A DNA stretch of 64,000 nt, taken from NCBI GenBank assembly GCA_040954595.2, contig CM082586.2, positions 11,315,337 through 11,379,336 on the forward strand. The letters are read 5' to 3'. Numbering within the stretch: the stretch's first letter is position 1; each line of letters starts with the position of its first letter. Made by a program: the position numbers and the translations under genes. Positions 39,278 through 52,249 of the stretch are shown one piece after another. Source of the DNA: Balanoglossus misakiensis (lineage: Eukaryota > Animalia > Hemichordata). The notes under the pieces were generated by a model. The model was given only the letters and a program-made list of their open reading frames with translations, ran no database searches and was not told the DNA's origin.

Positions 39278-40106
39278 GCTCCATCATCTGCAACCATGCA
39301 GCCAAGGCGTGGCAGTGAAATTGTGCCTCATTGAGGATACAGTCTAGATCCGGAATTCAGCCAACGGCAAACTGTTTAGCGTGCCTTGTATGCAGCAGGA
39401 TGGCAACGTTCTGGAACTTAAATTCTGGAAAGAAAATCCGAAATAGCTGAACAGATAACAGAAGAGAGAATACATACAGCTCCGCAACTTTTCCACTGGA
39501 AGATATAATACCATTTGCCTCTATGATAGAGCAAAGGTATGTTATAATCGCACCCCGAAACTTATGGGCCTTTTTTTTGCCGTAGTCATTTCGGGTATCT
39601 TAACCTCCCATCTTCTACATTTTTAGAAATTTACTCTACAAAATTGAATGACCCATTACATTTTAAACACCTTTCCCGAATTCAACCGACGCCTAATCGG
39701 AAGGTCTTCGGATGTAATCCAATATGGCAGCCTCCATGCGATCACGTACATTGAAAATCCATTGATTTCATCGCCGATTACCGATGTTTATCGTCAATAC
39801 CGATTCAAACGCGGCACTCGTTTACAAGTCGCATTTATTTTTGATCGCGTTCCAATATTTTAAACAAACTAGATTACTGATAAAAATGCTCAAAATTTTT
39901 CCTCCAAATGCCACCTTTACGGATTCAGTCACACAACTTACAGACTACGCCAAACTTTTTTCCAGATCATACCTTGCGGGCGAAAAGCGATGGATATACC
40001 TGAAAAATTGGTAACAGAATTTTATCATCCGCCACAAATAATGATATCAGAAGTCGAGATATCTCCACAGAAGAAGAGGGTGTGCGTTGTAGGAAAAGTC
40101 CATGAT
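39278..40106 (+). pseudogene. OB-fold gene copy: degenerate exon A plus intact exon B
   Basis: Exon A homolog with stops ends GCAAAG|GTATGT (39536). Exon B 39966-40106 reads TTTTTCCAG|IIPCGRKAMDIPEKLVTEFYHPPQIMISEVEISPQKKRVCVVGKVHD|GTGAGT, phase 0/0. Confidence 0.75.
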
Positions 40107-40134
40107 GTGAGTACTGTCAAATGTTGCACAAATA

Positions 40135-42536
40135 GCCGTTAAACCTGAAATATAGATTGAAAGTGGATATTGTTTTACACAATTTTTGAACATTGAAGTA
40201 AAGTATTAGAATGATGGAATCCGATAAAAAAAGTGAGTTGGTAATTTCGGCATCCGACTTCGTTATTAAAAATGGAAAGGTTTGCGATTCGGTTCAAGTA
40301 GTATTTGCAAGTTTGAAAGGAAATATTTCATTGAAGTACAGTGGCAACTACTGCATTATTGAGAATCTTTGAAATGTTGATGAACGGAGACTTATAATAG
40401 AATAAATAAAAACCTACCTTTAACGGTGTTAGGGTTACTACACCTGACAGACCGCTGGTCTGCGTCCGACCGATTCTGAGCTCCTAGCTCTTGTGGAGAC
40501 ATGCGGAGGTACAGCGGGTTAACGGTTAGGAAGTGTTGATGAAAGGAATGATTAATTACATAGGCCAATCAGGATCCTGGAGTTAGATATTCGAGTGAAA
40601 TGGTGGAAAAACGGGAATGCCGATTGGTTCAATTTAACCGGAGGGAAATTGCTACATTATATGACGTCAGTTGCGAACGATAATGCATATATTAAGCTAA
40701 GGTTGAATCCGGTTTTTCCATCAAGCACAACCATATTTCAGTCATATAAAAAACGAAGAAAATAACACTAAAAAAATATTTCCTTTTTAAAAACTTCACT
40801 ATAGCATTATTATAATGATGTACGTCGTACATAAAATGATACACGTGACATCTTCTTGTTCAGAGTTTTAAAACAGGTAGAGAATGCCCATGGGTAACCC
40901 GAAAACACACAAACCGGGTAAAAAATGAAAGTCCTGCGAAGGCCAGGAGTATACACTGAAAAATTACAATAAATCTAGTACAAAAGTTTGTATCCTCACG
41001 AATAATTAACTCTGATTGCATAAGTTTATTTCCGTCTCATTACCTTCTGAAAGCAAATCACTCACTTGCCGGTAAAAGTTGAGTAAAATACTACATCTAA
41101 ACTGCATAGCGATGGCGGCCCATAAAAATAATTGCCCAGTGTCCCACTCGCAATGCACAACTTTTTAGGCCAAGTGCTAATGATATTCGAATTTTCGAAG
41201 GTTACGCAATATACACATACATGTATAAATATTAATTTATGAACAATTTCCAGTGTTCACGCTGGGATTTCTTTCGTTCTAGTTTACTCGTTATATAATG
41301 TACCAATTCCCTCCGGTAAGTTGAGCCGATTCCCATCACTTTGAGCCAATCGATATTCATGGTTTTTCAGCATTTCAGTCGACTATATTTACACCTGTTG
41401 CATGTCTTTGCAGTTTTTGACTTGACGCTTACAACCGAGTCGCACCGCACGCAGTACTATCTTGTTGTCTTCATGTTTAGTTGTTGTTTTGCGCACACTA
41501 TTTGCACAAAAATATCTGCTCGTTTTGTTATCAACGATCGAGTATATGTTAGGAAGTCCGACATAGAGAACTTTGTTCTAAATATTCAATGCCCCACAAA
41601 TGATATACTAGACTGCTCGACACAACACACCCCAGCCATACTCCATTAGTACACGCCACAAACACCGCATTTATACAGCCTGAGGGATTTCAGCTTCGAA
41701 CTTATTGCCCAATCATATTCGACTATTTCCAACCAATCCCCTTCTGACTAATTGACCAATCACACGCTTCGAGCATAATTTCCAAAAAAGGGAAAACTAA
41801 CGAATTTGCTACATCTTTCCGGTTTCATCTTCAACAGTTTCTAACATTTTTTTGGACCCCCCCCCCCCTCGATAAACACCCATACTCAAAGGGTAACTTC
41901 ATTTAATTGTCAGTAAATAAAATCAATTCACAGTCTTATTACATGTACTATTTATAATATACTCAAATTTCCACTACAAAATATCTGTATATGTGCGTTA
42001 AATTCTGAAATCTTTCCACCCAAACCTCTAGTTATGCAAATTTAAATTGCTGTCTGTTGCGTTCGCCTACGGTTTCTCATTTTCGGACATTCGAATCTAA
42101 CTCCTGATTGGCCTATAAACTTATTTCTTTCATCAACACTTTCTAACCGTTAACCCGCTGTACCTCCGCATGTCTCCACAAGAGCTAGGAGCTCAGAATC
42201 GGATGAACGAGACAAGCGGTCTCTCACGTTTAGTAACCGTAACGCCGTTAAAGGTAGGTTTTCATTGATTCTAATAAGTCTCCGTTCAACAACATTTCAA
42301 AGATTCTCCATAACCCAGTAGTTGCCACTGTGCTTCAATGAAATATTTCCTTTCAAACTTGCAAATGGTAACCGAATCTCAAATCGCAAATCTTTCCATT
42401 TTTAATAACGAAGTCGGATGCCGCAATCACCAACTCACTTTTTTATCGGACTCCATCATTCTAATACTTTACTTCAATGTTCAAAAATTGTGTAAAACAA
42501 TACCCACTCTCAATCTATATTTCAGGTTTAACGGCG
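40135..42536. repeat. Second head-to-head inverted repeat (~450-bp arms, 1.5-kb spacer)
   Basis: 40135-40590 is the reverse complement of ~42092-42536. There is an additional inner pair at ~40590-40667/41289-41386. Confidence 0.85.
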
Positions 42537-42538
42537 TT

Positions 42539-43432
42539 ATGGCATCCCCGGCTCCCGGTCCCTCATCCCCAACCAGCCAAGGCGTGGCACTGAAATTGCG
42601 CCTCATGGAGGATGTCGAGATCCGGAATTCCGCCAACGGGAAACTGTTTAGCGTGCCTTGTATGCAGCAGGATGGCAACGTTCTGGAACTTAAATTCTGG
42701 AAAGAAAATCCGAAGTGGCTGAACAGATTACAGAAGGGAGAATACGTACAGCTCCGCAACTTTTCCACTGGAAGAGATAATACCATTTGCCTCTATGATA
42801 GAGCAAAGGTACGTTATAATCGCACCCCGAAACTTATGGGCCTGACTTTTTTTTTGCCGTAGTCATTTTGGGTATCTTAACCTCCCATCTTCTACATTTT
42901 TAGAAATTTACTCTACAAAATTGAATGACCCATTACATTTTAGAGACCTTTCCCGAATTCAACCGAAGCCCAATGGGAAGGTCTTCGGATGTAATCCAAT
43001 ATGGCAGCCTCCATGCGATCACGTACATTGAAAATCCATTTATATGATACAACCATGCCTTGTCAACTCACCTCGGGTCAAAATTACTGCCATCGATTCA
43101 TCATTTTGCAGTTCAAATTTTAAAAAGCAACTGACAAAAAACAACCACTCTTGCACTATTTCTCCACAACATTTACTACTCGTAATTATTAACATTCAAT
43201 GTTTTCCATTTTATTTCCACTACAGTATGAATCAGTGACACATACATCGAATTCTACAAAGAGACGTAAACTGACCATAACTGATGGCACAAGAGATGCT
43301 GAAGTCAACCTTTGGGGTGAGAAAACAGCGCTGCCACTGGATGTAGGTGCCACAGTTAAACTAGGCCCATTGGTTATCAACAGATATAAAACATCGTCCA
43401 CATTAAATACAACAGCGACAACTGAAGTGGAG
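42539..43432 (+). CDS. Tandem OB-fold (RPA70/SSB-like) protein gene, exons A and C (exon B missing in this copy)
   Basis: Exon A 42539-42808 (MASPAPGPSSPTSQGVALKLRLMEDVEIRN..VLELKFWKENPKWLNRLQKGEYVQLRNFSTGRDNTICLYDRAK|GTACGT). Exon C 43226-43432 (CAG|YESV..KRRKLTITDGTRDAEVNLWGEKTALPLDVGATVKLGPLVINRYKTSSTLNTTATTEVE|GTGAGA) has the RPA-like KR..l.D.T....v.LWGE pattern. Both exons are open; the fold assignment is by motif recognition only. Confidence 0.65.
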
Positions 43433-43449
43433 GTGAGACATAAAATACT

Positions 43450-44880
43450 GTTCCTGATGCTCCGTGAGAACTGTCAAGTAGCCACGGTTCTAGGCGACAT
43501 AGGATGGATGTCCACGGTACGGGAGGAGGCCATGCATGTATACGGGAAGGAAAAGACCGAAGCCAACCTGCCCGTACCATCCGACGCAGCCATAAAAACC
43601 TGCACACTACCTCGGGAGTTCAATCCAGGCCGCGTACGTGGGGGATTCGTTGGCCATATCTCCCCGCAAGAGCCCACAAGAACCACCACCGCAGCTGACG
43701 ACCTGGAGGAAACTTTGAGCATCTTCTGGGATCCGCAGCTGGAAAAACAGGTACTCGGTGGCGACAAGGACCAGGCGATGGAGGTGTTGGAAGGGCCAGA
43801 CCCACCCCGCACCCGTGTATCACCACCAATAGCAGTAGCGAGAGACGGGGGAAACCAACGGCTGCTGCAGGAGCCATCACCCCCACGCCAAGAAATGCTG
43901 CCGCTGCAGTCACTGATCAACCCATTGGAGCTGGAAGCGACGTTGGAGGCGGGGGAATATCTAATCCCCTGGGAACTTCGACGCCACCCCGGCAGCCATA
44001 CTAGGTCTAGATCCCCAACCCGGTCGCCGCGACCGGAGCGTTCTCGAGAGGAAAGGCGGGACCGCCCACCTTCCCGTGAACGACCATCCTTTTCACGCTG
44101 GGGAGATCTCAGCCCCAGACGTCGATCACCGATCCGGTATCCGACGCCGGAACCACCCAAAGAAGACGAACGCCGCTGGAGGAGCGCCAGGCCGGCCCGA
44201 AGGAGCCCCCTATCCTCTGTTCCACATTACTCATCAGGCCCTTCTCCATGTCCGTTCCCGGGAGGCCGGAGGTCCACGCGCAAACTGAAGAAACACGCCT
44301 TTCAGTGCCACCTTCCAGTTATTTTTACTGAGAAGCCGGTAGTATTCCGCGAGCGGGACGCGGTGGAGGCGTTAGAGAAACTCACCTATACTGGCTGTGT
44401 GGTCCAGGAAATGAAATACCCGACCTGCTAGACTTCTATATCCGCAGGGGCGGACCTGGACGGATCCCTACGGAATCCTTTTGTTCACCGGAGTCCATGG
44501 TGATGATGAAGCGCCTGTGCGTCTTCCAGGGGTGGGAGGTGCCGAACATGTTCCGACTGAGCTCCCCCACCACACCAGCGATTCTCATCCACTGGCGTGT
44601 CCTTAGCATACTGCTGAGGTGGAATCACGACAGGAAGAATTCCGGGAAATCCGACCTCACCGGAAAACATCATCAATCCGGACACAGCAACCAGAGAGGA
44701 CGGGGGCGGAAGCAGTCGCACAGAATCCATCGACGCAGGGGGAGCGAGGACGCGCCAGGGGGTTTTGATGCATTTTTTATCCCCCAAGCGTGCGCGGAGG
44801 AGTGCCGAGTGGAAGACGCGCCCACCACCATAGATGACCTCACTGACTACGATGTTGGTGTCCCCCCCCCCCCGCATGTT
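43450..44880 (+). other. GC-rich coding-like segment (Pro/Arg/Ser-rich, degenerate C2H2-like motif), probably a TE ORF fragment
   Basis: Abrupt rise in GC. The frame is open to 44431 with an RSRSP-rich tract and CPFPG..TRKLKKHAFQCHLP. The segment ends at a poly-C run. Confidence 0.5.
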
Positions 44881-45989
44881 TAAAGGTTTCTATAGAAAAG
44901 CATTGTTGAGGTTCACAAAACTTTGAAGAAGCTTTGCAACCCTTACTTAGGCCAAAGATTTGAATGTTAAGGTTTCACAAACGTAGTTACAGCTGAGGTT
45001 CAACTAAGACTAGTATAAGAGGCTTCAGCACGCCAAGTCTTGTAGCAAGCTTCAACACAAAGCTTTTTGCAACATTGTTCAAAGCGTTGTCAAAGGTACT
45101 GCACAACCCTGGTGAAGTTGTGCTATATTTTCAATTAAATGGCTTAAGCCATTTGTCTCTCCAACCAGAATTGCACCAGAGTTAAATACACACAGCTTGA
45201 AATTGTAAAATGTTGCAAAATCAAACGATCACATCCTTACACCTATTATTAGAACCAGAAGTTGAGTCAAAATTTTCCTACCAAGAAATTTTCTTTCCTA
45301 TGAAGTTTTTTGCTTATTGGCATTCATATGGGAGCCTAGACCTATTCCAGCTGAGTTGCCAAAATGGCAATGTTGGACAATTCTTCTAATATGCATGATC
45401 AAAAATGGCCGCCAAATACCTTCTCTAAAATAAAACTTGGCCCTTTTTTCTCAAAATTATGTGTAATATCTAAAATTTCAGGATTTGCATCCATATTGGT
45501 TATGTATTGCAAATATGGCAGTGTTTGGCAACTTTTCTATTTTGCATAATCAAAAATGGCCGCCAATCACCACTAAAAGTGAAATTTTGCCATGTTTCCC
45601 AAAATGATGCGCATTATCGTATTTTCAGGATTAGCACATTCATATGGGTACCTTTAACAATACAACTGTGTTGCAAATTTGGCAGTGTTACCGTACTAAT
45701 CATGAAGCAAGGAAGTGCAACCTCTGTATCCCAAATATATGTCTATCCCCACTGATAGGAGTCACAAAGAGCCAGCCCCTCTGCATCATCCTGTTCCTCA
45801 ATCTCACGATGGGAATCCTTTTCAGAATTCCGACCTCAAAACATCCAGGGATTCACCATCATTCACCACACCCTCGTCAGTATCCACCATGTTTAGATCC
45901 AATGCCTGAACATGTTGTCTCTTTATCTATGGATTGCGTTAAAGGCCAGTGGGAGTTTCATCTCCTTTTTTTGCAATTTTGACCATTTT

Positions 45990-46200
45990 TATCTGGTGCA
46001 TAATGCTAGAGTACATATCATCCATACAGGATGATGCATGTACAGTGATGGGAAATGTATCAATCCACTCCTGCACTAGATTTGCATACAGTGCCATACC
46101 TTTTAGGGCTATTTTCTTGACCCTTTTGATAGTCTGCTGGCCAAAAGTGGCTGGCCAAAGTGGCCAGCAGAGACATTCTTCCAATACCCTTCATAGTGCC
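45990..46200 (-). pseudogene. Possible remnant of a piggyBac-type C-terminal Cys-rich domain
   Basis: SHFWPADYQKGQENSPKRYGTVCKSSAGV..HHC..CMDD (across frameshifts) loosely follows H.P...R.C.VC...C..C...LC. The match is weak. Confidence 0.25.
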
Positions 46201-47659
46201 AACAGACAAGGCTTGGATATACAACCTGTGTTGCTTGTAAGGCACACATCTCCAATTGGTACATTGGGCCAATTATACTGTACATGTACAGCTAGGAAAA
46301 AAATATACTTCATCATAGTTTCCATGGTCAGCAGCTTCAATAACTTGTTGCCTTTTCTTACTGAACATTTAGACTTATAAAGAAGTATAACAAGAATAAA
46401 GTTGTCCAATTAGTGTTGGCAGGGGGGTGGGGGATGTGTTCTCCCATACATAGGTGTATAGGTATGTAGTCTTTAAGAAAAACTTGGGGTAAATGACCAG
46501 AAAATTTGACTTATAATACAAATAGGTCGGGTTTTGGGCATTTACACGTGTTGATGTTATCGACTGGGGCGACAGACTACCATCCGAAAAAATTTCAAGT
46601 ACCCCCCCCCTCGGGTGCCGGCCAGTGGGATGGAGGTGATAGAAACTGTTGCAGATACAATAGAGGCCTACAACCTGAAAACCTTCTGGCTTTAACCGAG
46701 GACTTGCCATTAAAGATACCTGTAGGCCCCTATATGCTGCTCCCACATACACTCCCAGTCCTAAACCTTGCATCTGATTTGTGGTGCAGATGAAGAATTA
46801 AGATTGGCTTGACAATTAGCACACTTAATTGCCTGTTATGAGATATAATACATACAATCATGGGACAAGAATGGCAAAAGTCAAATTATCCAGCAGGTGT
46901 TTGAATTATGCAAATTAGAGCAGTTGTCTAATATTGCCATGTCAACCATGTTGAAATTGTTTTAGGTACCCATATTAATGGAAACCCTGCAAATTCGATA
47001 TTACACACCATTTAAAACAAATATGGGAAATTAACATGTTAGAGAAATTTGGCGGCCATTTTGGATTATGCAAATTAGAACAGTTGTCTAATATTGCCAT
47101 GTCAACCATGTTGAAATTGTTTTAGGTACCCAGGAGAGTTGAATGAAAATGCCATTTGCAATGCAGTTGTCTTGTATTGGGTGCCCATATTAAGGCATTC
47201 TTGAAAACGAAACATTATTCATCATTTTGACGCAAACAGAAAAGGTGTTCAAATGCAAATTAGAAGAGTTGCCCAACCCTGCCATATTTGCAATACAGTT
47301 GTAGTGACTGTCAACTCGACTACAGACAGTCTCGATGAACACAAGACATGATCCCAATTTGCAAGCTGAGTTGAAACTGACTGCTGCAGTAACTTAGCTG
47401 TGGGAATGTCTTGTGTGATTTAAAACAATGATGACCAAATTTAACACAGTTTCTCTGAGGTAACCATTTAGCTTTCGTGACTAAGTTTGTTTAAGAATCC
47501 TTTATTCTACCCAAGGAACAAATTTCCTTAGAATTTCACAGCTGAGACACAGTTTACAGATATACAAAAAGTGCGTACTACAAACATAAGAAATTGTTTG
47601 CATTTTTTTTCTGATGGCAATGCATTTGACTGTAAACAGACATTGACGTCCTTTAGTAA

Positions 47660-48482
47660 GGGACTGTTCAGTTTTGGTGGAGGGGGGGGCAAAAGTTTGT
47701 GTCATTGGTTTTCAAAATCAGGCCGACACCCCCTTCAACCAGGACCAAAAAAATGATGACCCCCCCCCCCCCTTTGACAGGACCAAAATATGATGACCCT
47801 CCTCCCACCCTGAAAACATTCGCCATCCTTATCTTATGTACACTGACTGTATGCAATAAAGGTAAAGGGTCTCCTCACACCTCAATTCTAAATTTCTTAA
47901 AGAAATTTATAATTTGAAGTGTATAATAGTATAGCGTTGCAATAAAGAAGTCTATGGATAAATTAAAAGGACACGTCAATACAATAGTTGGTAGAATTGG
48001 TAAAACAAGAAAAGTGGAAGGGGTGGGTGTACGTAGGACAATTTTGTAAAATACAATTAATGCATTTTAATGAACTCATAGGCAAATTAACTTAATGTTG
48101 GGGAGGACAAATTTGACTTTTGCCACTCAAAGTTAACATCAGTGGGGGTGGGATGGCAAGTATTCTGCCCTGGTACACTATATGTGGCGAAGAAATAAGG
48201 GGATGGGTGTGGGAGGGGATGTCCCCCTTCCACATAAGAAAACTTTGTAAAATATGTAGCTCAAAGTTGCATTTTAATGAAGTCAAAAGCAAATTATCTC
48301 AATGTTTGAAAGGACCAATTTTACTGTTGCCACTCCACTCAAAGTTAGCATCGGTGGGTACATGTATATGACCTCCCCCCTAAACGTTTGAAAAAAAGAT
48401 GACTCCCTCTTTTGGATTTCAAAATTTAAGTGACCCCCTGGATTTTGCCAGCCTCCCCCCACCGTAAAAACTGAATGGTCCC
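47660..48482. mobile_element. PIF/Harbinger-type MITE with TAA TSD
   Basis: TAA-GGGACTGTTCAGTTTT ... AAAACTGAATGGTCCC-TAA. The flanks join up in the paralogous empty copy at ~56665-56985 (reverse strand). Confidence 0.85.
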
Positions 48483-49699
48483 TAAGCGCTATTTTGTCAG
48501 TGAAATGGCTCCATTATTATCCCTCCAACCATAGTTGAAACGGAGTTAAATATGTACAGCTTGAAATCATAAAATGTTGCAAAATTGAACCAAGAGTTTG
48601 GTCAATGATCAAGTTCTTACAGCTATTACTAGAACCATACAGTCTCAGCGAACAAGAGACATTGGTCCGATTTGCAAGCCGAGTTGGAACTGACTTTGCC
48701 TGCACACAGATGTGCCAATTTCAGCGAATCTTATCGTATTTAAAAATGAATATGGAGAATTGTTATCTGTGTTCCTATTGCTAGCCTACATACATGTAGC
48801 TGTTGTCATTCTAGTGTGTTTTTTTCTGTATACCAAAATTGTCTGGACGATGAGCATGCAGAATTTTTCTGATGCTTCTTACTGGCAGAAGGACCACCAG
48901 TTGCAGATTTTCATTTCTACGGCACAAGGGAATTTTATACTTTGCGTGCAAATATAAATCCTGTTAAATTCTATATATTCTTTATTGGGGATTCAAAAGT
49001 ATAATAATAATTGATAGTGTTAGTACCTCTATTCCAAAAAAGCATGCTGTGAGTGTGCGTGTGATTGTGATCAATATCGTAGTTTCAAAATTTGCAGTGT
49101 GCCAGTTCAACACATAGCATAACAATGGTAAAGCACATGTGTGAATTTCGTGAAATTGGGGAGTGTATCTTACACGGCCATGGCTATCACATTTGCACAT
49201 GATGGCTTACATTAAAATGTGTTGTCTATCACGGTTATTTAAATAACATAAAACATCTGATATCTACAGAAACAGTACTATTATAGTGGAAAACATGACA
49301 AAAATATTCAAGTAGTATATCACTCACATTTTGTGTTATGAAGACATGGCCAAACTGTTTGGGATACTTTTATCAAATGTTATGTGATACTATATCAGCC
49401 TGTTTTGGGGATCTTGACAATGACATATATTAGACTTTTCATACACAGCATGAGGTAGAATTTTAGAAACGATTAGGTAATAAGACTGCATATCTCATAG
49501 GAAATAATCACTTTAGAAGTATTACGATAAAAAAAATCATTTCACTCTTATTGGGAGCATACATTTGTAAAACATACATACAGACATGAATACAGACATA
49601 GAGAGATCAAGGTGTATACGATTTTCAGTGGGGGAGGGGGTCCTCCTTAATTGCAAACTACTATGTAATGGTAATTTCTCTTTTATAATAACAATTTTT

Positions 49700-51293
49700 G
49701 AGGTATACGGAAAAAATATCTAACAAAATAAACAAAAAAACTAATTCAGCTATGATTTGATTCAATTATCATTCTAAAGAAGCACATATCATTAACTCAC
49801 AACTAAACTTTTAAAGTGATCAACCATGCACTTTCTGAGAATTTTTTTTATGCCCCCAAAATACAATTTTTTCATTTTCAGAACATTTATGATATATCAC
49901 AGTAAAAAAATCCCCTGGAAACTGCAAAACCAAAAATTGCTAAGCAATCAAACAAAAATGGCAAAAATTGTCCACAAAAACTATATTGACACTTCCATCA
50001 TAGGATTTGTTAAAATGTCGTGATAACACACCTAGGAACCTGCAAACCAAATTTCAAAGAACTGTGAGTAGAGGTTTTTGAGTATTTGACCAAAATCACC
50101 CCAAAAATATACTTCAAACCAGATATTAACTGAATATGCTCACGTGCAGTACTGTGATTGGTTGACAGAATAACAAGATTAGAAAAACCAGTGTTAAACC
50201 AATTTGGTTTATAGTGTATATGGTGTAAGGGTTGTGTGTTGCACCATTGTGAAATGTAAACATGTTTGTGGAATTGTTGCCTTGTCAATTTTTGTAAGGG
50301 GTTATGAGTCATGTACCCCATCCTGAACTGCATAAAAAGATAAGTCTATGGAATTCTAAAACTCGTTGATCAAAAATGGCAAGAAATATACCAAAAAGTA
50401 TGAATATTTCACCAGATTTCAACAAATCTGATTTCTGTTCATGCCTAAGAACCTCTTTAACAAGTTTCAATAAGGAAGACATTTGGCAAACAACAGGTAA
50501 TTCAGACAAATCTGACTGATATCACATATATGAATTCCCATTCAAAGTTTCCAATCAATTGGACTTGTGGTTTTACTGAAGACTATTTGGCCAAACCCTG
50601 CAGAATTCCCAAAAAATACAGTTAGGCAAATTTCTTTACAATTTGATCATATCTGACTGAGATCACCCCTAGAAACCCAAATACAAAGTATCAAAACAAT
50701 TGCACTTACAGTTTCACAGGATTTGATTTTTTGACAAAAACAGGAAATATTGCCCAAAAATGCATTTTTGCAAATTTCACCACCGTTTGCACAAATGTGA
50801 TTCAGGTAAGCCCTATGAACCTCCATACCAAGTTTCCAATCAATTGGACATGTAATTTCAGAGAAGAAATTTTTTTAACAAAACTACAGAAAATTCTCCC
50901 AAAAATTCATAAAAAATAGCAAACGCCAGATACTGACTCCACCTGAACAAAATCATACGAGGTCTTCCCATAGTACTTGCACACCAATGCACGCCAATTT
51001 TTAACTGAATCTGATCCGCTGTTATTAAGTTTTTCAATTTTGACTATTTGAACATTTTTCGAGTTATTAATACCAGTATGCATTTTTTCGCAATAACAAT
51101 TTCTATGTACACACTAAATATCAGTAGTTTCAAGTTTTTGATGTTGATGGACATACACATACATACATCAATACATTTAGACGAAACTGATCCATTCGCA
51201 AAATACATAATTCTGTATGAGGCACACATACAGACATACATAGACGACGGACACCAACTTATGCTATAAGCTGACATTGATATACATGTTAGC
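49700..51293 (-). mobile_element. Degenerate HINE-like element (boundaries approximate)
   Basis: The minus-strand 5' end TTTTTGGCTAACATGT..ATGTCAGC forms a hairpin, followed by (TATG/TCTG) microsatellite and the typical CCAAATTTCA/GATTT subrepeats. Confidence 0.45.
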
Positions 51294-52249
51294 CAAAAAC
51301 CAAAATCAACCTCAAAATAGACATTAAAATATATTGCACCACCATGAGAAGACAAATTCATTCTTCGACAAATTTTCTGGGGCGTCATTGATATAGCATG
51401 GCATATTGTCAAAGTACGTAGTCTCTGCGATAAGATTCCATACACACAAAATGGTAACCTTGGAAGTCCAGCTGACGTAGTTATGCAATGGCGTCTCGTG
51501 TATTCCGTCGCCAAAAAATCATCGTAAAATTGATAGTCGGGGTCACAATTCAAGACGACTTTCTCTAAATTCTTTATGAATGGATTAAATCGAAATCGAA
51601 ATGTTGACGTATGACGTACGGAATGAGATCTGAACAGACATTCAATGTTATCATTCTCGCTTGATCACATATTGGGTAAGCCATCTAGCAATCGCTATAT
51701 AGTATTGGCGATAACAGACTGTCTATAAACTCACAAAACGGATTTAACTGTTGAGTGTGATCAACCGCCACGTTGTTTTTCTCTGAACAATAGACAAATA
51801 GAAAGCCTGGTGACATTTTGAGATTGACTGCGTGAGGACCACAATATGCGTGAATCATTTACGGTTTGTCTTGATGAATGGGTCACGTCATAGTCATAAC
51901 GCGGATTCGGCTGCACGCCAACTATCCGCCATATTGTCTCCACTAACTTACTCGTAAGTAGTTTCAAACTTCATTTGAAAAGAGTATTCGTCTGACGGTC
52001 CTGTAGATTAACAATTTACGCTCTATGAAGCAACTAAACAACGTTAGCTTCCTTTTGGATTCACGTAGGGAAGTTATTCGTAACGACGGGTACATCGTCT
52101 GAGCATGGACAGAACAACGGCAATATCGCCAGGAATGTCTCATTTCACAGCGCCCTCAAACAGTCGATCTCCTCAAACTATCGTTTCCACTGGTCATATA
52201 TGCGACATTAACGAAAGCTCACATAGACAACCATGTAATAGAAAAATTA

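Larger units (their letters stand above)
21758..40520. repeat. Giant imperfect inverted repeat (left arm ~21758-25510, right arm ~29715-40520)
   Basis: Mirror-ordered reverse-complement blocks: 21758-22142/40520-40135; 22161-23030/39536-38640; 23781-24200/37293-36870; 24400-24500/309-bp units; 24750-24830/30010-29930; 25310-25510/29900-29715. Confidence 0.85.

Noticed and set aside
43474-44160. 228-aa minus-strand ORF
   Set aside because: Antisense shadow of a GC-rich plus-strand frame with no recognisable motif.
51044-51970. 169-aa ORF and adjacent coding-like sequence
   Set aside because: Half of it runs through a repeat and no recognisable domain is present, so a call cannot be supported.
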